Positions 10,306-23,589 of a DNA stretch of 64,000 bases are shown in pieces. Each line of letters starts with the position of its first letter. The first letter of the stretch is position 1. The stretch is taken from assembly GCA_013265495.1 (NCBI GenBank), contig MU058009.1:1-64000 (forward strand), written 5' to 3'. The translations under genes were made by a program, and so were the position numbers. Source of the stretch: Vicugna vicugna (taxonomy: Eukaryota). The notes under the pieces are model-generated. The model did not search any database, was not told where the DNA came from, and saw only the letters and a program-made list of their open reading frames with translations.

Positions 10306-11059
10306 AGAAAGCAGAGATGGGAGGAGCTGCTGATACCAAGATGATCACCCATGTCTTGCCTCCTGCCTAATTGGATATGCAGCCTGGCACGTAGTGCCCA
10401 TGGCTTCTTCCCATGGAATCAGGTGCTGGCGAAGGATGCATTCCTCCCAACGACGAGGGGACTCGCCTGCTTAAGAAGCCGGAAGCCTAGACTGCTGGCC
10501 CCTGCTGCGCGGGGCAGCCCTGAGCAGGCGGCAGGAGGGAGCACGGAGTCTTTCACACTCACACTGCTGCTCCCGCTGCCTCCCGGAGGCGGCCTTCGCT
10601 TCCGAAAGCTACGTGGAAGACACACTCAGCACGGTCCTGTATTTCTTTTTACTGCCTGCCTGTCATTAAAGGCTCAAACCTAGAAACCATTCTGAACAGA
10701 CAGGAGAGGGCAGGGAGCAGGCAGGGTGAAGGAGAGGAAAGCTCAGCCCCTTCAGCTGGCCTCAAAAGCCCACCTGCCAATGCTTTGACATCTGGGGGCC
10801 TCATCGGGGGTCTGGCCAGAATTCATGCTTTTCCGGTAGCTCCCTCCCCTCTCGCACTCAGAAGAATCAGCGTACTTCTTCTGGCAGATGACCGTGTACC
10901 TTGTAGGATAGTCAAAATTTCATTCAACTGTTCTCAATAGAAGTTGTTTTGATTGTTGAATTGAAATGAATTTATTAGTGCCCCAACATGTACTTTTGTG
11001 TCTCTTCTCTCATTTTCCCCTACCATTTCTCCTCCTTTGACTGCAAGGAATTTATATAT

Positions 11060-13900
11060 TTTAAAGTGAGATATAATTGACATATTAGTTTCAAGTGTAC
11101 ATGATTCGCTATTTGTATATTTTGTGAAAAAATTTTATTTTTAATTACAAATTATCTTATTACATATGGAAGGACTAAAGAATAGTATAATGTATACTCA
11201 TGTACCCAACACCCAGCTTAGAAGCAAAACCTTACACTCCCCATTCTCTTCCATTCTCCCGCCGGAAGTCACCACTATTCTGAATTTTGAATGCGTCATT
11301 CTTAGCTGTTCTCTAGGAATTTATTACACATGTACGCAGCCCTGACTACATATTTACTTCTACATGGTTTTATACTTTACATAAATGGTGTTATCTTTAT
11401 ATTCTGCAAAATCCTTTTTATAAACCATGTTTGTAGGATATGTGTTGATGCGTGTAGCTCCAGTAAGCTCACTTTGATTCCGTTATGTAAATAGACCACT
11501 GTTTATAGTTGCACATTCTTTTACAAAAGGACACTTGGTTGTTTCCAGTTCTTTTGCTATTAAAAACAATGAGCCTATGAACATTTTTATTCTTGTAAAT
11601 GTTTCCAGGAGCAAGATCTTCTAGAATTTAGTCTAGATAGGGAACAGCTGGGTAGTCAAGAATACACATCTTCGGTTTTGTTAAGACGATACTAAATTTT
11701 CTTCCAAATTGGTTGTGCCAATTTTTGTTCCTACCATTTGTGTATAAGGGTTGCCACTTTTTCATGTTCTTGCTAACACGTAGGATTATCAGATTTTTAA
11801 ATGTTTGCTAATCTGGTGGGTGAAAGCTGGTATCCTATTGTCTTAATATTCTTTTTTCCTTTTGCCTTTTTTATGAAAAAAATTTTTTTTCTACTAAATG
11901 AAAGAGAAAGTTTGATGAACCTTCATATACCTATCATCCAGTTTCAACCATTACCAGAGATAAGTTTGTATTTATTACCTACCCATTCCCTCCCCACCAG
12001 ATCATTTTGAAGTAAATCCCAGGTATTATTTTTCCTAAATATTTAAGTATGTATTAGTAGTTTTTTTTAAATATGACCACAATATAACAGCATATTTTAA
12101 AGAACAGAAGTTTTATTTTTTATATAAAAACTTTTACCTATTACTTTGTAGTCTGTGCTTTTTGTGTGTTCTTTAGCAAGTCTTTCCCTATTCCTGTATT
12201 TTCTTCTCGAAGTATTTCACATTTAGGTCTTTAATCCAACTGGATGTTTTATTTGAGTTTGTTTTTGTTGTTATTCCTCTTGGTGTATGAGTCAGAGAGC
12301 CATTTGTTTTTCCCATTTGAATACCCATTATTTACTGACTAGTCCATCCTTCCCCCCACTGATTGTGATGTCACTGCTGTCACGTTGTCATACTCAGGGG
12401 TCTAATCCTGGGTGTTCAGGCTCCTCTCTGTTCGTGCATCCGTGTGTCAGTGGCTTACTGACGGTGGTGGTTAGTGAGCCTCAATAAACCTGTCAGTCCT
12501 CCCATGCCTCTTACTCATCAAAATCACAGTTTCTTTACTCTTCCATGTAAATTCTTTATTCAGTTTGTCAGTTGCCAGGAAAATGCCAATTAGTGTTTTA
12601 TTGGATTTACATTGAGTTGAGATTAATTTGCAAAGAATAGATGTTTTAATGATACCAGAATCTTTCGCACCAAAAAAATGGTATGTCTCCATTTATATCT
12701 TTAAATGTATTTCAATAAAACTTTGTAAATCTTTTCCATATTGGTTAGTCTCGTGTTTTATGAGATTTATTCCTTAGTACTTCATATTTTCTATTGCTAC
12801 TATAAAGTGTATTTTAAAAATTATATTTTTTGTCTATTACTGGTAGAAAGGATTGCATTTTTCATATTGACCTAAGCAAACTGCTGAATTATTTATTCTA
12901 CAAGACTGTAGGCTTTGTTGGGTTTCTATAAAAAACAATCATATAATTTGCAAAACAAAACAAAAACTATAGTTTCTTGTCTTTTTCTGCTGCCTAGGAC
13001 TGCCAGTAAAATGTTGAAAGTGACAATAGTAGCTATCTTTGTCTAAATCATTATTTTAAAGGAAATGCTTCAAATATTTCACCACTACATGTGACATTTG
13101 TTGTAGATTTTCGGTTTGGTACATGTTTTTCAACAAGTTGTAAGTTTACTGTTGTTCCTAGTTGATTAAGACTTTTACCTATCTTGAATAGGTTTGAAAT
13201 TTAATACAAAATTTCTGCATCTACTGAGATGATGTGGTTTTCCCTCTTTTAAGTGGTTACTGCAGAGAATAACGTTAGATTTTCTTGTGTTAAGCCAGCC
13301 TTTCATTCCTGGGGTAAACACAAACTGACTGTGATGAATTATTACCTTTCTTACAAATCACAGGATTCAGATTGCCAACATGTTCTTTAGGATTTAACAT
13401 CTATGCCCGTATGTAGGATTGGCCCATAATTGTCCTTTCTTGTGTAATCCTTTTCTGCTTTTGTTACCAGTTCTACCAGCTTTCTTCAGAAATAATTTTT
13501 TTTGAGAGGGAGGTAATTAGGTTTATTCATTTATTTATTTTTAGAGGAGGTACTGGGGATTGAACCCAGAACCTTGTGCCTGCTAAGCATGCGCTCTACC
13601 ACTTGAGCTATAGCCTTGCCCCTAGAAATAATTTTTTTTTAGAAATAATATTCAGTGAAGAAGTAAAGCTTGGAATTAATTGTTAGACTCCTCTGTAAAT
13701 CCATTTTAGCCTAGCATTTTTTGCAAAGGGTTGGGGGAGGATTTAAAATCACAGTTTCAGGGTCTTAAAGAGTTATAGATCTATTTAGATTTTTCATTTC
13801 TTCTAGAGTCAATCTGGTATACAGTAAATAGTAAAGAATAGAAGACTACTTTACACAGATTTTTCGGTTTGAATTCGTGGATCCCACAGGCAGTATGAAT
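11060..13900 (-). mobile_element. Old L1 fragments (antisense)
   Basis: T-rich, with L1 ORF2/3'UTR antisense motifs (gtttccagttcttttgctatt; aaaggaaatgcttcaaatatttcaccact; tctgcatctactgagatgat). Confidence 0.75.
13500..13623 (-). mobile_element. tRNA-derived SINE (camelid Vic-1-like)
   Basis: gaggaggtactggggattgaaccc...ctctaccacttgagctata; TSD agaaataatttt at 13488 and 13624. Confidence 0.9.
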
Positions 13901-14513
13901 CTGAATTCTAAACCTGCATGAAGATTGGTCTGTGATTACGGTGATCACAAATTTTAATGGGATTTCTGCTTTCTTCATTTCACAGCCAGATGTTGAGGCA
14001 GATAAGCTTCCTAAATATCTTGTCTCCTTTAGTGGGGCAGCTTTTTTTTTTTTAATAGTTGGCCCTTTCATTGAGGTGGTGGCCCTTTAGAGATCTCGGC
14101 TCTCTGAGAAGTTCTCTCTTCCAGCCCCTCACTTGCACAAGCCCAGGCCTGTGCCTTCAGCATCACAGTTAAAGCCCAAGGCTCTCAAGTCCTAGAAACC
14201 AGCAATCACCCTTAGAACTCCAGCTTCATAGCCACTTACGATGCTATAGGTTTGTGCTCCCACATTTTTCGTTTCTGAAAATTTTATGTTCTTGAGAGAG
14301 CAGAAATGTAACCAGAAGTATGTTTTTAATTTTGCATCTGGAATGTTCAGGTGTTTTTAGCTGACTTGTTTTTAGGATATCATAAAACCTGAAATGGAAG
14401 TGTCTAGACTTTCTTTAAAAAACAAAAAATGGGGGAGAAGTTTTGACATTCCACAAGAAAACGGAAGGATTAAAGCTTAGAGACTAGGGCGTCTCAGTGA
14501 TAACCTTCTAATC

Positions 14514-14718
14514 CAGCAACGTCCAGGGGAACTTTCTGTGGTGATAAAATTGTTCCACATTTGCTGTCCAAGATGGCAGCCATGAGCCATATGTGGCTAT
14601 TAAGCACTTGAAACATGGCTGCATGACTGAGGAACTGAATTTTATATTTTACTTGCTTCTAATTAATGTAAAGGTAAATAGCTGCATGTGGCTAGTGGCT
14701 ATTGGATAGGGCAGTGCA
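14514..14718 (+). mobile_element. MER3-like hAT-Charlie MITE
   Basis: gctgtccaagatggcagccatgagccatatgtggctattaagcacttgaaa...gactgaggaactgaatttt...catgtggctagtggcta; internally palindromic. Confidence 0.8.
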
Positions 14719-15033
14719 GAGCCGTCTAATGCTTCCAAACAAGCTGGACTGAAAAATGATCAACAGACAAACGCCTTTTTCTAGAAAGCAGAGACTTCAC
14801 TCCCCTGAAGTTTCCACCAAAGCCACCATAATTTCAACCGGTCTTGCTGATAGTCCAGCTGGTCACTGAAGCTTTTGCGGGGACTGGGGAGGGAAGCTAG
14901 AGAAAGTGCTAGAAATTGAAGTGGACCACAGCAAGCTCACCCAACAGTGCTTTGAAACCCTTCTCCTCAGTATGCTCCCACCCACCAAATTAAAAAAAAA
15001 AAAAGAAAGGATGAGTAGAAAACACCAATGGTT

Positions 15034-15481
15034 TGCAGACAAAAAATGCTGCCCGTCATTTCAATAAGTAACAAATATTGCCTATCATCAAGCCATCAGC
15101 CATGGCAGCCGCCCCAGTGGAGCACCTTGAGGGGAATTCAGGATGAAGAGAAACAGAGTACTGGCCCCAGATAGTTAAGACACATATCTAAGGAATAATT
15201 TCAGTGAGCCCAGACTCTTGCATCTTCCTGTACATAGAAAAGCAATAAAATCATTAATTCAAGATGTCTATTTTTTGTAATATCTTGATTTTCAAATACA
15301 TGTTTCGTTTTTTGTGTTTTTTTACCAGCAAAAACTCATATATCCTGGCTCCTCCCTTACCTCTTTGGAACAGTTCCTCAGCATTATTTGAGAGGCTGTC
15401 TCCTGGGCTATATTTCTCAGTAAGGTTGCCAAATAAAATATAACTCTCAAATTTTAGGTTGTGCGTTTTTTTCAGTTGGCA
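15034..15481 (+). mobile_element. ERV1-class solo LTR
   Basis: TG...CA ends, near 4-bp TSD ggtt/gctt, AATAAA near the 3' end, terminal ttaggttgtgcgtttttttcagttggca typical of artiodactyl ERV1 LTRs. Confidence 0.75.
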
Positions 15482-15518
15482 GCTTTCAGCAGAGGTGAAC
15501 TGAGTTTTCAGGAGGTGA

Positions 15519-16317
15519 TGTTGATAGGCTGCTGGTCCCTGGAATGGCGTGCTCAAGAACTGGAGGCTGCAAAGAAATAATAAGTAAAAATTTTATATGG
15601 CCAAAAAAAGAAACAAAAGAAACTGATAGATGAATCATATTCATGCTGTAAACCACATCCGCGGGTAGCACGGTAGACACACGGTCAAACTGGTGGAAAC
15701 CACACAGGACACCGTGAGGGGACAGGCACCCCCTCCCTCCAGCCCCCATATTCCCAGCCACTTATACGTAGAAAAGCTTTGGCCTCCTAGGCCCTCCTCG
15801 AGTTCCAAAGAGCAATCTAATCAGAGAAGTGAGAAAATGCTGAAACAAAGGGAAACAGTCAAGCAAGACTAAGTAACAATAGTTTCTCCTCAAGGGCCAG
15901 AGATAACATCCTGAGACATAACCTAGAGTTATTCTGCAGATACGGAAACTTCCAGCAGGTGGAAGAAGTTAACTGCAAACTCGGTGCTGACCACAACCAG
16001 CAAGACCCCAGACTGGCTGTTCCAGCCAGAAGGTTGAGGTTAATTCCTGAAATAACCCCCACTTACCTCACCACCAACCAATCAGAAGAATGTCCACAGA
16101 GCTGATCAGGCACTGGTCAACTGACTCCCCACCTTTTCTTTAAGAACCCTTCCCTGAAAGCCAGCAGGGAGTTCAAGGGTTTTGAGTATGAGCTGCCCCT
16201 TCTTGCTTGGTTCCACCTTAAGAACCTTGCAGTAAAAGCTGTACTTTCCTTTACTACAACCCAGCATGAGTAGATTGGTTGGTTGAGTGCAGAAGACCCA
16301 AGTCTGGTTCAGGAACG
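15519..16317 (+). mobile_element. Second ERV1-class LTR (MER41-like?); 5' boundary uncertain
   Basis: CCAAT box (aaccaatcag), TATA-like tttaagaa, agtaaa polyA-like signal, LTR-type 3' end gacccaagtctggttcaggaac. Confidence 0.65.
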
Positions 16318-16839
16318 GATATAGAGGGGCAGAAGCCTCCAGCCCACACGGAAAGAAGCACGCAATGAATAGAAGCTGTCTCTGTTCACTTACCTTTCTT
16401 TTCAGCATAAAGTACTCAATGTATAAAGAACTGAACACGTTGAAAATTTCTGTAAAATGAAAATGGTTGAAAAATGGGAATGGTTTTACGACCTCTCTCA
16501 AAAAAAAAAACAAACAAAAACAAGAAATAAGATTGGCTGAACACATTTGTTTCAGAAACATTCTTTCCACTGTAATCAATACAGGTACAATTCTGATTAA
16601 AATGTATTCATACAAGGTGTCAAAGCATTCAGAGTCCAAACGGTGTTTTCCAGCTCCGGCCCCCAGGGAGGCTGGGGCTGCCCTCTCTACTGTAGCTCTC
16701 TAGCCCTCCTGTTAAGGGACTTGCTGCCTTCTTCTCTCTTTCCTCAGCATCGACCTCCACGAAGGGACCACAGACAGGTAATTCGAATTAAAATGCTCAT
16801 TCTGGACGGGTCCCAAGGATCAGCCCTGCAAGGCTCCCT

Positions 16840-17005
16840 GGAGCCGGCAGGGCTGCAGGCTCCCGCGCGGAGCACGTCGGGAGTCGTAGTCACGGCTCCT
16901 TCGCGGAGGTGGGAGGAGGTGGCCCGGGGAGGGGCGGGGCCGCAGCCGGGAAGGGGCGGGGCCGCGGCCGGGGCTTGCGCAGGCGCACACCTCGCGCCGG
17001 GCAGC
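16840..17005 (+). promoter_or_regulatory. DCPS: DCPS CpG-island housekeeping promoter
   Basis: ACTACGACTCCC (ZNF143/THAP11-type motif, minus strand, 16879-16890), two GGGGCGGGG GC boxes (~16931, ~16953), NRF1-like TGCGCAGGCGCA at 16976-16987. Confidence 0.8.
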
Positions 17006-17206
17006 ATGGCGGACACAGCGTCTCAACCCAGCAAGAGAAAGCGCGAACTGGACGCCGAGGAGGCCGAGGCGCCCAGCACTGAGGAAAAGGAAGCAGGCGT
17101 TGGGAATGGTACCTCTGCCTCTGTGCGCCTACCTTTCTCCGGCTTTAGAGTGAAAAAAGTGCTGAGGGAGTCTGCGCGGGACAAAATCATTTTCCTACAC
17201 GGGAAG
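17006..17206 (+). CDS. DCPS: DCPS (m7GpppX scavenger decapping enzyme) exon 1
   Basis: [16 protein letters not shown]...[35 protein letters not shown] at aa 10-13; donor AAG|gtacca. Confidence 0.96.
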
Positions 17207-18436
17207 GTACCATTAGGCAGCCCTGGGGTGGTGATGCAGGAAGGAATGATCCAATCGTCGCCTTTGAGGCGGAATTTTTTTTTTTTTTGAGGGGGAGATT
17301 CTTCGGAAAATACCAATCGCGTTACTCGGGGCGGGAGGCAGAGTGCTCCACTAAAATCATAGGGGGGAGTTGGTTCGTGGAGGAGACACGATTACCCCTG
17401 AAATTAAGGGAATTAACACGCGTACAGCTAGTTTTCCTAATTCTTCTCTTACTAAAATAAAAAACTAACACTTGGAGATCTATTGCCAGTGAAAAATGAC
17501 GTTAAATTTCCGAAGCATTCATCATTCATTTATTAAATCTGTAATGGGTAGGGACCCAGTAAATGTTGCTCGGCGGTCTTGCTCACCCAGGCCCCAGGCA
17601 GCGACATGGAGACTGTAAGAGAGATGATCCTGGCTGTACAGGACTTCAACCCTAACAGAGGAGAGAGTTTATTAAATTGGTGATTCATTTCCACATATTA
17701 TGCGCTGCCGGGCCTGGGGCAGGGGTTGTAGAGATGGAAGTTAGCATCCTTGACCTTCTGGAGTGCAGAGTATCGTCGGGTAGACAGGCAGACACAGCTG
17801 GCCCTAAAATCATGTGCTCAGCTCTAGCAGGGGTTAAGGAGAGGCTGGAGACCATCCCAAGAACTTGTGAGGAGGCTATCCAAAAGTTCCCCAGAACTGG
17901 TAGGAGCTCTCACTTTTGGGAAGATCAGGGGGACCTGGGCCGAGGCTTCCATGCCTCTCTCTGTGGCTCTTGTTTTTCGCAAGGTTCTGTCTGGTTCTTT
18001 CAGCCTTACCTGTCTTTAGTCTGCAGCACCTGTTGAAAATTTTAGCCGTGAGAACCTTTGAGCTAGAAGCTAGTTGGGATACCCAGATTCTAGCTTATTT
18101 TGACAGCGACTATTCATGTGACCTTGGGCAAGTCACTTAATTTTCTCTAGACCTCAGTTTCTCATCTGTAAAGTGAGGAGAATTTGATAGAGTCCTCGTG
18201 AGCCTAAAACAGAAGACACCTGAGAAGCTTTGCATCTTTTAGAAAAAAAGATGTGAGAGCTGCCACGAGGATTTGGTTAATGAGATGCCTTCTTTGGGAG
18301 AAGAAACATGAGTGCCATTGACTAGACTTCCCCAGAGGGAAGACTATGGGGAAGAAAAGCCCAAGTATTGGGCTCACAGAGGCCCCAGGAGCTTTTACCT
18401 TTGCTCTCCAGGCCTCACCTATGGCTCTGCCCACAG

Positions 18437-18611
18437 GTGAATGAGGCTTCTGGGGATGGCGACGGAGAGGATGCCATTGTGATCCTGGAGAAGACGCCGT
18501 TTCAGGTGGACCAGGTGGCCCAGGTCCTGACGGGCAGCCCTGAGCTCCAGCTGCAGTTCTCCAATGATATCTACAGCACCTATCACCTGTTCCCTCCAAG
18601 GCAGCTGAGTG
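18437..18611 (+). CDS. DCPS: DCPS exon 2
   Basis: [23 protein letters not shown]...[19 protein letters not shown]; cacag| acceptor, G|gtaagc donor; 175 nt. Confidence 0.96.
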
Positions 18612-18703
18612 GTAAGCGAGTGGGGCTGAGGGGGCTGCCTGTGGGGAGAGTGGGGAGGGAGGGGGCATGGTGAACACTCCCTAACTGATCTACGTATTCT
18701 AGT

Positions 18704-18892
18704 GCAGTAGTTCTCTGTGGAAGGGGGAGCGAGACATTTGGCAATCTCTGAAGACATTTTTGGTGGGCAGCACCGGGGAGGCAGGGGTGCTGCTGGTACC
18801 TAGAGGGTAGAGGCCAGAGATGCTGCTAAATATCCTAGAAAATGTGGGATGGTCCCCACAGCAAACAGTGGTGCTGAGGTTGAGAAAGCCAG
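18704..18892 (+). mobile_element. MER20 DNA transposon
   Basis: gacatttggcaatctctgaagacatttttgg...gtagaggccagagatgctgctaaatatcct...gctgaggttgagaaa. Confidence 0.8.
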
Positions 18893-20359
18893 CTCCGGTG
18901 TGATGTGTTTTGGGGTGGGAGGGTGATTCGTGGAGTAGAACAGTTTCATCTTCTGATTGAATTCTAGGGGTCGTCAGCTATCATACTAGCCGCCATTCTG
19001 AGCATTCTACGTGTGTCATCATATCTAATCCTCAGGACGGCCCTATTGTGATAGGACTTTGCAGGTAGGGAAACTGGGGTTTGGAAAGGTTAAGGAAGTT
19101 GTCCAAGATCAGACAGCAGATAGGTGTCAGAAAAACTGAGAGCTTGAGCAGACTGAGGACTTGCTTACCACGCGGCTGTGGGATGAGCAGTGAGTGTCTT
19201 GGGTGCCGCACGATCACTTGCTTCCTTGGAAGAACTCCCTCCCTGCTGGGGAGACGAGTGTGAGCGAGGGGTGGGGGCTTGAGAAGGCAGGAGTTCGTAG
19301 GTCAAAAGGCAGGGATTTGTTTTTGATTTTAAGTGTCTTTTAATTTATTAAGATGTGGAAGAAGAATGTTCTGTGCCAAAGCCAATTGTGATGTGAGGCA
19401 GTTTTGTGGAAAGCAGGAGGGCGACGGGTTGACACTGAAGGTTCCTTCCAACAAGGAAATGCTGGGATCTGCTTTGCAGCACATGACGGTTTTGTAATAT
19501 CCTTCTGTCTTTATTTGCCCTCCAGCATTTACGAACAGCTTGGCTTTACAGATATCCTGCCACTGTCATTTTGATAGTTTTAGTCTTTTCTGCCCCCACC
19601 CCGCCCCAAGAAAGGGTGCTATTGTTGTCCTTTGGAAACATACGTGAGCGCTGGATGTGAGACAAGTAAACCTTTCACAGCTGAAAGCAAAGCAGCCTGG
19701 TCCTTTATTGAAAGAGAGCCAGATTGATTGATGCACGGTGACAGAAATGGCCAGCTGTATTTGCTTTTCAGGCGTTGACATTTAAGCAATACAGTCCCCA
19801 ACAGAGGTGGCGGAGGCGCGACAGAAGGCGCTGTAGCTACACACGACGTGGAGCCCGTTCTGCGGCAACGCATTCCCCTCACCTTCCCCTCTTCTCTCCC
19901 CACCCCGGCCAGAATTCGGAAGGTTTCAAGGGGCAACCCCGTAGAATTCACAGCCTTTCCTCTTTTTATTTTTCCAGCACGTGTACTTCTGTGTACTGCA
20001 CACAGTTGGTGGTGGCCACTGCTTTGGCCACTGTTTTTGTCATTTTTTCCCAAGATAAGCAATGGAAGAGGCTGTCGGTTATCAGATCGCAGGTCTTCGT
20101 CCCCAGTCAGCACCCCAAATGTCTACCCTTTTCCTCAGGGCTCCCCACTCCCACCTGGGAGTCTGAGCCTTTAGCTCATCGTTTCCAGGGCTCACTGTCT
20201 CTTTAGCATGAGTATTAGCACACAAACAGTGCATTGTGCTTTTATTTTTTCTGCCTGGACGAGGCATGGCGGTAAGGAAGTCATAAATACTTGGCTCAGG
20301 GCTCCGTCCCCAGCCCTGTCCCATTTGGCTATACCCACGTCCCTGGGTGGCATTCCAGA

Positions 20360-20735
20360 TCAGGGTTGGCAGACTCTTTCTGTCAAGGACCTGAGCATAA
20401 ATATTTTACGCTTTGTGAGCCACAAGTGGTCTCAGTCACATATTCTTTTTTTTTAATCCTTTTAAAAATGAAAAAAAAAATACTGCTCTTATCTTGCTGG
20501 ATATAGAAAACCAGGACACAGGCCGGATTTGACCTGGCCATAGTTTGTCAACCTCTGGTCTAGATTTTTCCCACTCAAAGTGTGGTCTGTGGACCAGCAA
20601 CCATTGGTATCACCTGGGAGCTTATTAGAAACGCAGAATCTCAGACCCCACTCCCAACCTCAGAATCAGAATCTGCAGATTAGCAAAAACCCCAGGTGAG
20701 CCATATGCACATTAAACTTGTTGAGAGGCACTGGC
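20360..20735. mobile_element. MER58-like and MER5A-like hAT MITEs in tandem
   Basis: cagggttggcagactctttctgtcaagg...gtttgtcaacctctg; then ctcaaagtgtggtc...atcacctgggagcttattagaaacgcagaatctcag. Confidence 0.7.
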
Positions 20736-23589
20736 CTTTAGACACCATCTGTGTATATGGGTGGTGCTCACTTTCATTCCTTCATCTGCGACCTCTCCAA
20801 GAACTCCAGGCTCATGTTGAAATCAACACCTCTTTGGCATCTCTATTTGGTGATCTCACAGGTCAGGTGTGAGAATCAGATGTGCTGTCTTTAGAAGCAC
20901 TTAGCACATATGATTATTCTGATGCACTGGGTGCTGGGAAGTGCTGGACACTGGAGCTTCAGGCATGAATAAGATGCCATCTCTGCCTTCCCAGTCTTGT
21001 TTGGGGGAGGGGCACCCCCCAAATTATTATGAAAAGGGAGAAGTAAACCTCTCAGGATTGGGTCTCTGCCTGATGGAGGGAACAGTGGACCTTGAACGTT
21101 GGAGCCACGTCAGTCTCATTTCCAGGCCCCAGCAGTCAGCCAGACCCACGTTAGGGGCTCAGTAAATGACCCGTGAAGAGTGAACCCACAGACCTGACCA
21201 CCTCTGTTTTGCCCTGTGGACTGAACATTCCACAGCCACAAGGTGGCAGCAAGGCCAAGGTCTCTTTGCTGCCGGCTCCTTGGCCCTTGTCTGGAGCCTT
21301 CTCAGCCTTGCCTCTCCAGTCTCAGTGGCAGAGTCACCAACTCATTTCTAAGCTGGCCTCTCTCATGATTTCTTTTGGTGTTTCTCCATTCTCTGGCAGA
21401 TTTCTTCTCCTTTAGCCTGAGGTTTTGCAGTCTCCTGACTTACCCCTTTCAGAGTCTCAGCTGACCACCAGAGGCTGTTCAGTGAGGCACTCTCGGACCC
21501 CCACCCTGTTGACATAACAGAGCACAGGCGTCAGAGTTCAGCCCAGCCAAATGCTAACAATTCCTCTTGGTGGGGCCTGGGGCGACGTGCTGTTTCTGAG
21601 CTTTAGCATATAGTGCAGGGGTTAGGAGCAGCCTCGGGTCGGACATACCTGGGCCGGGATCCTTGCTTCGCCATTTACGAACTGCAGAGACTCGGAGTGT
21701 CTTTGTTCATCTAACAAATAGGAAGCGCCCGCCGCGTGTCCGGTGCTGGGTCGGGTGCCATGTGCGCCCCGGTGAGGACGTCACATGTTACCTCTGTCTT
21801 TGGGGGTGCAGTGGGGAAGGCAGACGGCAAACAAGGCGACACACGTCAACCCAGCTGTGAGCAGGAGAGGGGCTCCTCGGGCTCTCTGCACACGTGCCTC
21901 CCAAGCTGTGGCCTAAAGGGTGGAAAGGAGCCAGCTGTGCAGAGAACTGGGTGGGGGGGGTGCGGAGAATGTTCTGGGCTGAGGGAGCAGGACGTGTCCT
22001 GGGGCAGGACAGAGGAATAGAAAGGAGGCTGTTAACCGGAAGCGTGGGTGGGTGGGTGGTGACTGAGGTGTGTGACCCAGATGAAGGTGAGAAAGTGGCT
22101 TCAGTTATTTTCTTATTAAATTAGGTTAGTAACTGAACCTCCATCAGGATGGCTATGAAATAAATGAGACAAGAAAGGGTTTTATACAATTTTTTAGCCT
22201 CTACCCAAAGTGAGAGATGTATTTGACATTGTGACCCAGCAGAAGTGAGTAGATTTACACGAATACACAGGGAACAAAAAGCTCACAAAACAGTACTTAG
22301 CCTTACTTCATGGGACACAATCTAGTATTCTCATCTTAATTCTAGTCTTGTCTGTTTCCTTTTTTATAAATGCTGGTCTTAACCTTCTAAATTAATTTCA
22401 TCACCGCCACCATGGGCTATGACCCACTGAGATAAGGTGTATAAAACACTTTAGGACAGTTGCCATGTGGCGTGCGTTCAAAAAGTGTTAGTCATTTTCT
22501 GTTGTTTTCCCACTGATAAAATTATACGAGCCTTAAATTATATGTAACATATTAAAAAATCCCAGGCCTCAACCACAGACAGGTTATCTTTGTTCTCCCT
22601 GTGACTGTGGCCGAGGTGTGTGAGGGCTGAGGTGGCCAGATGGCTGGCGTCTTCACGCCATCCAGGCAGGGCAGAGCCTGGGTCACCGCCTCCTGCTTCA
22701 GCTCTCAGGCCTGTGGCCTGTCAATGGAGCCCTTTCATTGAGCTCTCTTTCCTCTAACCTGGGGAAGAAGGGGGGAGATAATAGGGAGAGAGGTGTGGCT
22801 CATAAATCCAGACCCTGTCTGAAAAGGCCATTGTTTTCCCTGCAGGGGTGTGGAATCTCAGGTTCAGGGCGGAAGGCTCCTGTGTGTGAGTCAGGCCAGG
22901 CCAGGGAGCAGAGGGACCCTGGGAATCACACCTTCTCTTGGCTGCAGGGAGCTCTCAGTGCTCCCGCCATGCCTGGTGTTCCTCCTGTGCTCCGAGCCGA
23001 GGCAAAGCCGGGGTTCTGGAGCCCCGAGTGAGGCCTTGTCTGGGAGAAGCATTTTGCAAGACTGGCCACTCCCAAAAGAGTTTCCCTGGCAGCATTGTTC
23101 ATGATAGAAGAACTAGAAACAGTCTAGACAACAACTAACAGTAGCCTAGATAAGCAAATCCTGCGCTGGACACCTCTGCGCCGGTGGAAATCAGTGAGCT
23201 ACAGCTGCACACGTCAGGAAGGAGTCCCCCGACGCAGAGCAGGGAAAGCAAGACGTGCAGGGCGCACACTTATTCCGGTCAGGGAAAGCTGAAAAACAGG
23301 CCGACCTAAACAGCACGCTGCTCAGGGACGCACCTGTGCCTGATGAAACTAGGGAGACAGAAAAGGAGTGATTAACCCCAGTTCTGCAGAGGGATTGCTC
23401 GTGGTGGGAGCGGGGCAGAGAGTTCTGTAATACTTCTTTCTTAGACTACACACTCCATGCGTCGCTGTTCTTTTATTTTAGGTCTTTAAAAGGTATATAT
23501 TTTATATTTAAATATGTATATATGTGTATATGTGTATACATGTATGTGTATGTAAACTATGTGTTTATGTGTGTAGACACCCACATTGG

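Noticed and set aside
10665..10670. ATTAAA as the TIRAP polyA signal
   Set aside because: Plausible but lacks a clear downstream GU/U-rich element; the 3' end cannot be fixed from sequence.
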